A DNA stretch of 64,000 nucleotides. Origin: an uncultured Candidatus Binatia bacterium. Its GTDB lineage: Bacteria > Desulfobacterota > Binatia > UBA9968 > JAJDTQ01. The stretch covers positions 1,152,001-1,216,000 of the forward strand of contig OZ244070.1 of NCBI GenBank assembly GCA_965215605.1, read 5' to 3'. Below are positions 1 through 10,474 of this stretch, piece after piece. Position numbers and translations under genes: made by a program. How positions within the stretch are numbered: the first letter of the stretch is position 1; each line of letters opens with the position of its first letter. The notes under the pieces were generated by a model that saw only the letters and a program-made list of their open reading frames with translations, was not told the origin of the DNA and did no database searches.

Positions 1-42
1 GAGTAGCACAAAACCTGAGCTTCCCAAGTCACCCTCCGGCCC

Positions 43-1206
43 TCAATTCCCGGTGAACACCGGGTCGCCGCGACTCAACGTCTCCAACGGCACAGCCTCG
101 ACCCGGTCGGAGAGCGGAAACCGCCGGGTGCCGGGGTACAATATCGCCACCCGCGCCAATCCGATGTCCGTCAACGCGTTTCGGATCGATGGGGTCACCC
201 TGGGCGCGTCGGCGAACTTGCACTCGATGCCGTAGAGGGTATCGCCCCGCCGAAGGACCAAGTCGATCTCCGCCCCCTGGTGAGTCGCCCAGAAGAACGC
301 CTCGTCGTGGGCCTCCGTCGACAACACCTGCTCGATGACGAAGCCTTCCCACGACGCGCCCATCCGCGGGTGGGTGAGCAGGGCTTTCTCGGTCGTAATG
401 CCGAGCAACTGGTGCAGAAGACCGGAGTCGCGAACATAGATTTTCGGCGCCTTCACCTGACGCTTTCTGATGTTGGCAAACCAGGGCCGCAACTGGCGCA
501 CCATCATGGCATCGGTCAGCGCATCGAGGTAACGCGCCACAACGGCGGGGCGGACCCCCAGCGCGCGCGCTGGTTCCGCGGCGTTCCAGGTCTGACCGTG
601 GTAATGAGCCAGCATGGCCCAGAAACGCCCCATGGCGACAGCCGGCGCGCTGACGCCCCACTGGGGAAAGTCCCTCTCCAGAAGAGTCTGGATGTACTCG
701 CGGCGCCATGCCACGCTGTCCTCCTCACCCTCGGCGAGAAAGGACCGGGGCAACCCGCCGCGACGCCACAGTCTAGCGAGAGCGTCACTTGAATGGTGCG
801 CCGCCTCATTCGCCATGAAGCCGCCGAGGAGCACCCGCTCCGTGCGGCCGGCAAGGCTTTCGGACGTCTGGCGAAGCAGCCCTCCGGATGCGCTCCCCAG
901 AACCAGATATCTGGCCGGCGATGGAGTCCGATCCACCAACACACGCAATGCGGGAAACAACTCCGGCCTGAGTTGCACCTCGTCGATGACGACCAAGCCG
1001 CGCAACGGTTCCAGGGCCGTCATGGGCTCGTCGAGCCGGCCTAGGCTGGCCGGAGACTCCAGGTCGAAGTAATTGACTGAATCGGGATCGAGGAACTGAC
1101 GCGCCAGCGTCGTCTTCCCACACTGGCGAGGACCCGCCAGCACCACGACGGATGCGCGCCCCAGTGCAGTACGGATCGCCTCGAAAGACCTACGGCGAAT
1201 CAACAT
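43..1206 (-). CDS. AAA_14 ATPase with wHTH and DUF4143/PD-(D/E)xK C-terminus (paralog 1)
   Basis: Walker A GPRQCGKT, Walker B IDEVQ, LGS, SLAGR, GGLP, KIYVRDSG, C-terminal EIDLV...IECK. Confidence 0.9.
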   Translation of the reverse strand: MLIRRRSFEAIRTALGRASVVVLAGPRQCGKTTLARQFLDPDSVNYFDLESPASLGRLDEPMTALEPLRGLVVIDEVQLRPELFPALRVLVDRTPSPARYLVLGSASGGLLRQTSESLAGRTERVLLGGFMANEAAHHSSDALARLWRRGGLPRSFLAEGEEDSVAWRREYIQTLLERDFPQWGVSAPAVAMGRFWAMLAHYHGQTWNAAEPARALGVRPAVVARYLDALTDAMMVRQLRPWFANIRKRQVKAPKIYVRDSGLLHQLLGITTEKALLTHPRMGASWEGFVIEQVLSTEAHDEAFFWATHQGAEIDLVLRRGDTLYGIECKFADAPRVTPSIRNALTDIGLARVAILYPGTRRFPLSDRVEAVPLETLSRGDPVFTGN

Positions 1207-1218
1207 GATACCAAGCTA

Positions 1219-1255
1219 CCATGAAAACGGTGCATAATATATATGATTTTCATGG
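1219..1255. promoter_or_regulatory. AT-rich inverted repeat, candidate operator over the promoter of paralog 1
   Basis: CCATGAAAA-N19-TTTTCATGG, 12 bp upstream of ATG 1206; -10-like TAGCTT on the minus strand 6 nt before ATG. Confidence 0.55.
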
Positions 1256-1276
1256 CATCATGGCTGTAGGCGGGCT

Positions 1277-2095
1277 TCACACCCGCTCGTATGCAAGGCC
1301 CAGCACGTCCTGCATGCCGTAAAGGCCGTTTTCCTTTCCCGCCACCCAATGGGCCGCCCGGATGGCGCCGCGCCCGAAAGCTTCGCGGCTGTGGGCACGG
1401 TGGACCAGCTCGATGCGCTCGCCGATGCCGCCGAACATCACGGTGTGCTCGCCCGCGATGTCCCCGGCGCGGACGGAAAGGAGGCCGATGTCGGTCTTCT
1501 TTCGCTCGCCGAAACCGCTACGGCCCTCCACGCCCACCCGTTCCAGCTTGCGCCCCAAGGCGTCGCCGGCGGCCCGGGCCAGCGCCAGCGCGGTGCCGCT
1601 GGGCGCGTCCTTCTTGAACCGGTGGTGCGCCTCCACGATCTCCACGTCATAGGCGTCGCCCAGGCTGCGCGCCATCTGGCCCACCAAGCCCAGCAGCAGG
1701 TTGACCCCAAGGCTCATGTTGGGAGCGAGAACGGTCGGGGTCCTGGCTGCCAGGGTGCGTATCTGCCTGAGTTGCCTGGTGTTGAATCCCGTGGTGCCGA
1801 TGACGATGGGGGTGGCCGTCTTGGCCGCGGCCTTCATGTGGGCGACGGAAGCCTCGGGCGTGGTCATGTCGACGATGACGCGCCCTTCTCCCGCCGACGG
1901 CTCGATGCCGTCGCCGATCTCGACGCCCAGACGGCCGGCGCCGGCCACCTCCCCGGCGTCCTGTCCCAGCCGCCCGCTCCCGGGCCGGTCCACGGCCCCC
2001 GCGAGGGTGACGCCCGGAGTGTCCTGGATCAGGCGGACCAGCACGCCGCCCATCCTTCCTCCCGGTCCACAAACGATGAGGCCCAGGTCGCTCAT
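1277..2095 (-). CDS. dapB: 4-hydroxy-tetrahydrodipicolinate reductase
   Basis: GPGGRMG, IGTTG, EAHHRFKKDAPSGTA motifs. Confidence 0.97.
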   Translation of the reverse strand: MSDLGLIVCGPGGRMGGVLVRLIQDTPGVTLAGAVDRPGSGRLGQDAGEVAGAGRLGVEIGDGIEPSAGEGRVIVDMTTPEASVAHMKAAAKTATPIVIGTTGFNTRQLRQIRTLAARTPTVLAPNMSLGVNLLLGLVGQMARSLGDAYDVEIVEAHHRFKKDAPSGTALALARAAGDALGRKLERVGVEGRSGFGERKKTDIGLLSVRAGDIAGEHTVMFGGIGERIELVHRAHSREAFGRGAIRAAHWVAGKENGLYGMQDVLGLAYERV

Positions 2096-2970
2096 GCGTC
2101 AATCAAGCCGTAGTCCACCATGGCGCCCTTCAGCCGCTTCAGGTTCGGCTCGGTCATGGGAGTCAGCGGCAGGCGGATCTCCGGGCCGCACTTGCCCATT
2201 GCGGCCAAACCGGCCTTCACCGGAATTGGGTTGGTCTCGCTGAACAGGCAGCGGATCATGGGCATCAGCCCGAACTGGATCCGCCGGCCGGCGGCCCAGT
2301 CGTCCCGCAGGCAGGCTTCGGTCAGGTCGGCCATGGCACGCGGCGCCACGTTGCCGGTGGTGGTGATGACGCCCTTGCCGCCCAAGGTCATGAGCGAGTA
2401 GACCAGCGAGTCCTCGCCGGAATACACCGCCAGGGAATCGCCGCACAGCCGGATGACGTCGATGGCCTGGTCCACCGAGCCCGTGGCCTCCTTCACGCCG
2501 GCGATGTTGCCGATCTCGGCGAGCCGCGCCAGGGTCTCCGGTTCCATCCTGGAGGCCGTCCGGCCGGGGATGTTGTAGACGATCAGCGGGATGCCCACGT
2601 GCCCGGCCACCGCCCGGTAGTGGTGATAGATGCCTTCCTGGGTCGGTTTGTTGTAGTAGGGCGAGATCAGCAATGCGCCGTCGGCGCCCGATTTCTCCGC
2701 CGCGCGGGTGAGCTCCATGGCCTCCCGGGTGGAGTTGGAGCCGGTGCCGGCGATGACCGGAACCCGCTGCCTTGCCGCCTTTACCACCGCGTCGATGACG
2801 GCGTGGTGCTCGTCGTGGTCCAGCGTGGCCGACTCTCCGGTGGAGCCGCACGGCACCAGCGCGTGGGTGCCCTGCTCGATCTGGAACTCCACCAGCGCCT
2901 CCAGCGAAGCGTAGTCCACTCCGCCGTCCTTGAACGGCGTCACCATGGCGGTCATCGATCCGCTAAACAT
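2092..2970 (-). CDS. dapA: 4-hydroxy-tetrahydrodipicolinate synthase
   Basis: GSTGES, PYYNKP, YNIPGRT, GVKEA; start set at MFSGSMTAMVTPF. Confidence 0.97.
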   Translation of the reverse strand: MFSGSMTAMVTPFKDGGVDYASLEALVEFQIEQGTHALVPCGSTGESATLDHDEHHAVIDAVVKAARQRVPVIAGTGSNSTREAMELTRAAEKSGADGALLISPYYNKPTQEGIYHHYRAVAGHVGIPLIVYNIPGRTASRMEPETLARLAEIGNIAGVKEATGSVDQAIDVIRLCGDSLAVYSGEDSLVYSLMTLGGKGVITTTGNVAPRAMADLTEACLRDDWAAGRRIQFGLMPMIRCLFSETNPIPVKAGLAAMGKCGPEIRLPLTPMTEPNLKRLKGAMVDYGLIDA

Positions 2971-3051
2971 GTCGTCATCCCTCGGAGGTTCAGTCCGGCG
3001 CGGCACCCTGACGGGTGAGGCCGTCGCAGGACCCTGTTGCCCTTTTACGCC

Positions 3052-3873
3052 TCAGACCCGGACGCTGCCCTGGAAAACCTCCTGCGCCGGCCCGGTCATG
3101 TAGACCCGGTCGTCGTCGGCCCATTGGATGTCCAGGTCGCCGCCGATGAGGTGTACGGTTATCTTCCTCTCGGTCCGTTCGGTCAAGGCACCGGCCACGC
3201 CCACGGCGCTGGCGCCGGTGCCGCAGGCCCAGGTCTCGCCGGCACCGCGCTCCCACACCCGCATCCGCACCTCGCCCGGACCCAGCACCTGGACGAACTC
3301 GGTGTTGACCCGGTTGGGGAAGAAGGCGTGATTCTCGAAGCGGGGCCCCAGGCGGGGCAAGTCCAGCGCGTCCACGTCGTCGACATAGAGCACGCAGTGG
3401 GGGTTGCCCATGGACACGCAGGTGACCGAATACCCGGCGCCGTCGACGGTGAGCGGATGGTTGACGATGCGGCCGTCGGCGTCCACCGGGATGTCCCGGC
3501 CTTCGAGCACGGGCGGGCCCATGTCCACCTCGACGCGGTCACCCCTGAGGCGCGGCCGGATGACGCCCGCCAGCGTGTCCACCTCGATCTCCCGCTTCCC
3601 GGTCAGGCCGTGCTCGTACACGTACATGGCGAAGCAACGGATGCCGTTGCCGCACATCTCCACTTCGCCGCCGTCGGCGTTGTAGATCTCCATCCGGAAG
3701 TCCGCGGAATCCGACGGCTTGATGGTGAGGAGCTGATCGGCGCCCACGCCGAAACGGCGGTGGCACAGGTTCCTGGCGATGTCGGCCAGACCCGCGGGCT
3801 GCGCCTCCATGCAGTCCAGCACCACGAAATCGTTGCCGCAGCCGTGCATCTTGGTAAAAGTGATCTCGCTCAT
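3052..3873 (-). CDS. dapF: diaminopimelate epimerase
   Basis: KMHGCGNDF, MCGNG, GNPH, ERGAGETWACGTG. Confidence 0.97.
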   Translation of the reverse strand: MSEITFTKMHGCGNDFVVLDCMEAQPAGLADIARNLCHRRFGVGADQLLTIKPSDSADFRMEIYNADGGEVEMCGNGIRCFAMYVYEHGLTGKREIEVDTLAGVIRPRLRGDRVEVDMGPPVLEGRDIPVDADGRIVNHPLTVDGAGYSVTCVSMGNPHCVLYVDDVDALDLPRLGPRFENHAFFPNRVNTEFVQVLGPGEVRMRVWERGAGETWACGTGASAVGVAGALTERTERKITVHLIGGDLDIQWADDDRVYMTGPAQEVFQGSVRV

Positions 3874-3936
3874 GGGCTCCTCCGCGCCCGTGTCGTGTTG
3901 CGGGCCGTTCGCCGACCGCACTCCCCTTGAGGCAGG

Positions 3937-5205
3937 CTACAGGCCACCGGGGATCGTTTCGCCGGCTACCAGCCCCTCCAGGGTCTCCCGTTCCCGGACC
4001 ACGGCGAACTCCTTGCCGTCCACCAGCACCTCCGCCGCCCTGGGCCGCGTATTGTAGTTGGAGGCCATGGTAAAGCCGTAGGCCCCGGCGCTCATCACCG
4101 CCATGAGATCCCCCGGGGCCGGCGTCTCGATCCGGCGGTCCTGGGCGAGAAAGTCGCCGCTCTCGCAGATGGGGCCGACCACGTCCGCGGTCATGGGCTC
4201 GGCCTCGCGCCGGTCCACCGGCCGCAGACCCTGGAACGCGCCGTAGAGCGAGGGCCGGACGAGGTCGTTCATGGCGCCGTCCACCACCACGAAGTTCTTG
4301 GCCTCGGTGCGCTTGAGATAGAGCACCCGGGTGACCAGGATTCCGGCGTTGCCCACCATCGATCGGCCCGGCTCCAGCACCAGGGTCACGTCCAGGCCCC
4401 GGATCCCCTCCATGAGCGCCTTGGCGTAGTCCCCCGTGTCTGGCGGCTCCTCGTCGTCGTAGCGGATGCCGAGGCCGCCCCCCAGGTCCACGTAGCGGAT
4501 GTCCGCCCCTTCCCGCTGGAGCGCCTCGATGAAGGCCCGGACCCGCTCGGCGGCGGCCGCGAAGGGCGACGTCGAGGTGAGCTGGGAGCCGATGTGGCAG
4601 TCCACGCCCACCACCTCCACGTTGGGCAGGGCGATGGCGCGGCGGTAGGCCTCGGCAGCCGGTTCGATGGCGATGCCGAACTTGCTCTTCTTCATGCCGG
4701 TGGAAATGTACGGGTGCGTCTGCGGGTCGACGTCGGGATTGATGCGGAAGCTCACCGGCGCCGTCACCCCCATGCTCCCCGCCACTTCGTTCAGCGCCTC
4801 CATCTCCTGCTCCGACTCGACGTTGAACATCAGGATGCCGGAGCGGAGCGCGTACGCCATCTCGTCCCGGGTCTTGCCCACCCCCGAGAACACCACCCGG
4901 CGCGGGTCGGCGCCGGCCTTGAGCACCCGGAAGAGCTCGCCGCCGGAAACGATGTCGAAACCCGAGCCCTCGTTCACGAAGGCGCGCAGCACCGCGAGGT
5001 TGGAGTTGGCCTTGACCGAGAAGCAGACGAGATGCCGGCTTCCGGCGAAAGCATGGTCGAAGCCCCGGAAGGCGTCACGCAAGCGGGCAAGGCTGTACAC
5101 GTACACCGGCGTCCCCACCGCGCCGACGATGTCCCTGACCGGCACGTCTTCGCAGTACAGCGTGTCGTTCCTGTGGGTGAAGCGATCCTCTACCGTTGCC
5201 GCCAT
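3937..5205 (-). CDS. lysA: diaminopimelate decarboxylase
   Basis: SVKANSN, HIGSQ, EPGR, GPICESGD, ASNYN. Confidence 0.97.
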   Translation of the reverse strand: MAATVEDRFTHRNDTLYCEDVPVRDIVGAVGTPVYVYSLARLRDAFRGFDHAFAGSRHLVCFSVKANSNLAVLRAFVNEGSGFDIVSGGELFRVLKAGADPRRVVFSGVGKTRDEMAYALRSGILMFNVESEQEMEALNEVAGSMGVTAPVSFRINPDVDPQTHPYISTGMKKSKFGIAIEPAAEAYRRAIALPNVEVVGVDCHIGSQLTSTSPFAAAAERVRAFIEALQREGADIRYVDLGGGLGIRYDDEEPPDTGDYAKALMEGIRGLDVTLVLEPGRSMVGNAGILVTRVLYLKRTEAKNFVVVDGAMNDLVRPSLYGAFQGLRPVDRREAEPMTADVVGPICESGDFLAQDRRIETPAPGDLMAVMSAGAYGFTMASNYNTRPRAAEVLVDGKEFAVVRERETLEGLVAGETIPGGL

Positions 5206-5720
5206 ACGATGCTGACCTCATTGGACGGCCTGCCGAGGGAGCCGTCGGACAACCGGACCCGGACCCGATACCGGTACACCGTGCCGGTACGGAGCTCGGT
5301 ATCCGTAAACCCGTAATCGGACTGCTTGAAGAAACGGCCCTCGTCTTCCACGTTGACGACCGCCCGCTCGTTGTAGGCGGCGCGGCAATCCGGACAGTCC
5401 GCCGCGGTGCTCATGCGGTACACCACGAAGGCCTCCAGGTCCGTCAGCGGCTGGCCGTCGAGAGCCTTGCGGGGATGCGACCAGCCCAGGCGGATGCTGC
5501 GGTCCTCCAGCACGAGCTTCAGGTCGCTGATGGCCACGGGCATCACCAGCTCGGGCGCCCGGGGCGCGCCCTTCTTGCCGCAACCGGCGGCCAGTGCCGC
5601 CGCAAGCAGGAGCAACAGACAGAGCCGCCCTGCCGCAACGCCACGCCGCCACTCCTGGATTCCCGTCCCGGATCGGCGTCCGGGACACGCTCTTGCGGAA
5701 ATAACGGATTTGGCTGCCAT
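5190..5720 (-). CDS. lipoprotein with fibronectin type III-like domain (start uncertain)
   Basis: Lipobox AAGC-GKKG, YRYRVRV FN3-like strand; lies between argH and lysA; TAATG overlap with argH stop. Confidence 0.75.
   Translation of the reverse strand: MAAKSVISARACPGRRSGTGIQEWRRGVAAGRLCLLLLLAAALAAGCGKKGAPRAPELVMPVAISDLKLVLEDRSIRLGWSHPRKALDGQPLTDLEAFVVYRMSTAADCPDCRAAYNERAVVNVEDEGRFFKQSDYGFTDTELRTGTVYRYRVRVRLSDGSLGRPSNEVSIVWRQR
5655..5706 (-). repeat. palindromic REP/RPE-like element (GTCATTCCCGC...GGGAATCCAG-like) with nested hairpin
   Basis: Minus strand CGTTATTTCCGCAAGAGCGT-GTCCCGGACGCCGATCCGGGAC-GGGAATCCAG; inner 8-bp inverted repeat 5665-5686. Confidence 0.55.
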
Positions 5721-7093
5721 TACACCCCCAGCTTCTTGAGCCGCCTGCGCACGTTGGCGGAGGCGGTGCCGCCCGGGGCGCGGCGGCGCTCGACGCCGGC
5801 CCGGACCGTCAGGATCTTGAAGACGTCCGGCCCGATGGCCGGGCAATACCCCTGAAGCTCATCCAGGGACAGGTCCTGCAGCTTGCGTTGCGCATCGATG
5901 CCGTGGCGCACCAACCGGCCCACCGCGTCGTGGGCGGCGCGAAAGCTGAGGCCCCGGCCGACGAGATAGTCCGCCAGGTCGGTGGCGTTCATGAAGCCTT
6001 CCTCCGCCGCGGCCAGCATCCGCTCGCCCCGCACCCGCAGGCCGTTCAGCAGCTCCCGGGCCATGAGCAGGCACGACGACACCGTGTCGACGGTGTCGAA
6101 GAGAGGCTCCTTGTCCTCCTGGAGATCGCGATTGTAGGCCAGCGGCAGCCCTTTCATGATGGTCAGCAGCGCGTTGAGGTGGCCGTACACCCGGCCGGTC
6201 TTGCCGCGGATCAGCTCGGCCACGTCGGGATTCTTCTTCTGCGGCATCATCGAGCTGCCGGTGCAGAAGGCGTCCGGCAACTCGATGAAGCCGAACTCCT
6301 CGCTGGACCACAGGATGAGCTCATCGGCCATGCGGCTCAGATGGACGAACAGGATGGCGGATGCCGACAGGAACTCCAGCACGAAATCCCGGTCGCTGAC
6401 GGCGTCGATGCTGTTCTCCGAGAGGCGCGGGAAGCCCAACAGCTCGGCCACGTAGGTCCGGTCGATGGGAAAGCTCGTTCCCGCCAGCGCCCCGGAGCCC
6501 AGGGGCATGACGTCGGTCTCCGCCCGGCAGTGGCGGTAGCGGCTCTTGTCCCGCTCGAACATCTCCACGTAGGCCAGCAGGTGGTGGGCGAAGAGCACGG
6601 GCTGGGCCCGCTGGAGGTGGGTGTAGCCCGGCATCAACACGCCCTCGTTACGCCGGGCGGCTCCCGCCAGGGCCTTTTGCAACGCCTCCAGGTCCCCCAG
6701 GATGCCGTCGAGGGCTTCCCGCAGGTAGAGGCGCATGTCCAGGCTCACCTGGTCGTTCCGGCTCCGGGCGGTATGCAGCTTCTCGCCCACGCTGCCGACC
6801 TTCTCGGTGAGCCGCCGCTCGATGTTCATGTGGATGTCTTCATCGGCGACGCTGTAGGGGAACGCGCCGCTCTCGATCTCTTTCCGGACCGCCCTCAGTC
6901 CGGCGACGATCTTGCGGGCGTCGCCGGCGGGGATGATGCCCTGCTTGCCGAGCATGCGGGCATGGGCCACGCTGCCGTCGATGTCGTGCCGGTAGAGGCG
7001 CCGGTCCACGTCAATCGAGGCGGTGAAGGCCACCACGGAATCGGCGGTGGAGCCGGCGAACCGGCCGCCCCATAGCTGTTTCTTCCTGGCCAT
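5720..7093 (-). CDS. argH: argininosuccinate lyase
   Basis: LWGGRF, RSRNDQV, GYTHLQ, GSSMMPQKKNPD; true start MARKK, upstream part of the track ORF overlaps argG. Confidence 0.97.
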   Translation of the reverse strand: MARKKQLWGGRFAGSTADSVVAFTASIDVDRRLYRHDIDGSVAHARMLGKQGIIPAGDARKIVAGLRAVRKEIESGAFPYSVADEDIHMNIERRLTEKVGSVGEKLHTARSRNDQVSLDMRLYLREALDGILGDLEALQKALAGAARRNEGVLMPGYTHLQRAQPVLFAHHLLAYVEMFERDKSRYRHCRAETDVMPLGSGALAGTSFPIDRTYVAELLGFPRLSENSIDAVSDRDFVLEFLSASAILFVHLSRMADELILWSSEEFGFIELPDAFCTGSSMMPQKKNPDVAELIRGKTGRVYGHLNALLTIMKGLPLAYNRDLQEDKEPLFDTVDTVSSCLLMARELLNGLRVRGERMLAAAEEGFMNATDLADYLVGRGLSFRAAHDAVGRLVRHGIDAQRKLQDLSLDELQGYCPAIGPDVFKILTVRAGVERRRAPGGTASANVRRRLKKLGV

Positions 7094-7098
7094 ACCGG

Positions 7099-8298
<1,200 letters not shown>

Positions 8299-8322
8299 GA
8301 ATCTCCCCGTCGATGGTTTGAA

Positions 8323-9243
8323 TTACGTCCCCACGGCCAGGCACCAGACCATCAGCGCCTTCTGGGCGTGAAGGCGGTTCTCGGCCTGGTCGAACACCAC
8401 CGAATGGCGGCCTTCGATGACCTCGTCGGTGATCTCCTCGCCGCGGTGCGCCGGCAGGCAGTGCATCACCGCCACGTCGTCCCTGGCCCGGGCCACCAAC
8501 TCTCCGTTGACCTGGAAGGCCGCGAAGGCCCGTTTCCGGTCGCGGGCTTCCGCTTCCTGGCCCATGCTCGCCCACACGTCGGTATAGATGGCGTCGGCCC
8601 CGCTCACCGCCGCGGCCGGATCATGGGTGACCGCCACCTCCGCGCCCGCGGCCACCGCCGAGTCGAATATCTCCCTGTCGGGTTCGAAACCCTCGGGGCA
8701 GGCCAGCGTAAACCGGAACGGCAGCTTTTCCGCCGCCAGCAGCCAGGAATGCACGACGTTGTTGCCGTCCCCCACGAACACCACGTGGAGCCCTTCGATC
8801 CGGCCCTTGCACTCCTGCAGAGTGAGGAGGTCCGCCAGCACCTGGCACGGGTGGTACAGGTCCGACAGCGCGTTGATCACCGGCACCGAGCCGAAGGCCG
8901 CCATCTCCGCCACGATCTCCTGGGCGAAGGTCCGCACCGCGAGGACGTCCACCAGGCGGCTCAACACCCGCACGCAGTCGGCCGGGGTCTCCCGCTCGCC
9001 GAGCTGCACCTCGTCCGGCCCCAGGAACAGCGCGCTGCCCCCCAACTCGGTCATGCCGATGTCGAAGGTGGCCCGGGTCCTGAGGCTGGGCTTCTGAAAC
9101 ACCAGCGCCAGCTTCTTCCCGGCCAGGAGCGGCCGCAAATGCCCTTCCGCGCGCTCCCGCTTGAGGGCGGCGGCCAAGGAAAGCACCTCGTCCAGGTCCG
9201 CCCGGGCGAGATCCCGCAACGTCAATACGTCCCGTTTCTTCAT
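8323..9243 (-). CDS. argF: ornithine carbamoyltransferase
   Basis: SLRTR, HPCQ, DVWASMGQE, HCLPAHRG. Confidence 0.96.
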   Translation of the reverse strand: MKKRDVLTLRDLARADLDEVLSLAAALKRERAEGHLRPLLAGKKLALVFQKPSLRTRATFDIGMTELGGSALFLGPDEVQLGERETPADCVRVLSRLVDVLAVRTFAQEIVAEMAAFGSVPVINALSDLYHPCQVLADLLTLQECKGRIEGLHVVFVGDGNNVVHSWLLAAEKLPFRFTLACPEGFEPDREIFDSAVAAGAEVAVTHDPAAAVSGADAIYTDVWASMGQEAEARDRKRAFAAFQVNGELVARARDDVAVMHCLPAHRGEEITDEVIEGRHSVVFDQAENRLHAQKALMVWCLAVGT

Positions 9244-9248
9244 GGCCG

Positions 9249-10436
9249 TCACACCCGCTCCAGCACCCGCGCCAGAATCTCCAGCGCCTCGTCCACCTCG
9301 GCCTTCCCGATGTTCAACGGCGGCACCATGCGGAGCACGTTGGCGCCCGCCAGCACCACCAGCAGACCGTCTTTCATGCATTCCTGGACCAGCGGCCCGC
9401 ACTCGCGGTCCATTTCCATGCCCAGGAGGAGCCCCTTGCCGCGCACCTCCCGGATGAAGTCGAAACGCTCCGCCAGCGCCTCCAGCCCCTGGCGCAACAG
9501 GCCCCCGACCTCCTCGCAGTGCTGCACCAAGCCGGCTTCCAGGATGGTTTCCATCACCGCCAGCCCGGCGCGGCACACCACCGGATTGCCGCCAAAGGTG
9601 GAGGCGTGGGATCCCGGCGGAAAGCTCCTGGCCACCTCTTCCCGCGCCAGCATGGCGCCCAGCGGCAGCCCGCCGCCCAATGCCTTGGCCAGCGTCATGA
9701 CGTCCGGCTCCACGCCGAAGTGCTCGTAGCCGAAGAGCCGGCCGGTGCGCCCCATGCCCACCTGCACCTCGTCGAAGATGAGCAGCAGGCCCTTGTCGTC
9801 GCAGAGCTGCCGCAGCCCGCGCATGTAGGACACGTCCGGCACCACCACCCCGCCCTCGCCCTGGATGGGCTCCACCAGGATCGCCGCGGTGCGCTCGTCC
9901 ACCGCGTCTTCCGCCGCGTCCAGGTCGTTGAACGGGATGTAGCGGAATCCCGGCGGCAGCGGATCGTAGCCGAGCCGGATCTTCTCCTGGCCGGTGGCCG
10001 TAAGGGTCGCCAGCGTGCGCCCGTGGAACGAGTTGAGGGCGGTGATAACCTCGCTCCTGCCTCCGGCCTGCTCGGAGCCGTAACGCCGCGCCAGCTTGAT
10101 GGCGGCCTCGTTGGCCTCGGCCCCGCTGTTGCAGAAGAACACCCGGTCGGCGAAGGAATGCTCGCAAAGCGCCCTGGCGAGCCGGGCCTGGGGCTCGATG
10201 TGGTAGAGGTTCGAGACGTGGATCAGGCTCCGCACCTGCTCGGACACGGCCTTGGCCACGGCCGGGTGGCAGTGGCCGAGGCTGTTGACGGCGATGCCGG
10301 CGACGAAGTCCAGATAGGCCTTGCCGTCCGCGTCCCACACCCGCGTCCCCTCCCCCCGCACCAACGCGATGGGGAAGCGCGCGTAGGTGTTCATCACGTG
10401 TGCTTCGGTCAACTGTTGTGCTTCAAGGTTCGACAT
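9249..10436 (-). CDS. argD: acetylornithine aminotransferase
   Basis: SGAEANE, FHGRT, EPIQGEGG, DEVQ, AKALGGG; in arg operon. Confidence 0.95.
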   Translation of the reverse strand: MSNLEAQQLTEAHVMNTYARFPIALVRGEGTRVWDADGKAYLDFVAGIAVNSLGHCHPAVAKAVSEQVRSLIHVSNLYHIEPQARLARALCEHSFADRVFFCNSGAEANEAAIKLARRYGSEQAGGRSEVITALNSFHGRTLATLTATGQEKIRLGYDPLPPGFRYIPFNDLDAAEDAVDERTAAILVEPIQGEGGVVVPDVSYMRGLRQLCDDKGLLLIFDEVQVGMGRTGRLFGYEHFGVEPDVMTLAKALGGGLPLGAMLAREEVARSFPPGSHASTFGGNPVVCRAGLAVMETILEAGLVQHCEEVGGLLRQGLEALAERFDFIREVRGKGLLLGMEMDRECGPLVQECMKDGLLVVLAGANVLRMVPPLNIGKAEVDEALEILARVLERV

Positions 10437-10448
10437 GGTGCATCCATC

Positions 10449-10474
10449 GGGACGGGTTGAAACCCGCCCCTATG
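10449..10474 (-). repeat. GTAG-type REP-like hairpin (degenerate copy) overlapping argB stop
   Basis: Minus strand CATAGGGGCGGGTTTCAACCCGTCCC; resembles 14517-14541. Confidence 0.6.

Noticed and set aside
1227-1254. The chromosomal dif site
   Set aside because: The XerD arm lacks the normally conserved TTATGT; kept only as a dif-like candidate
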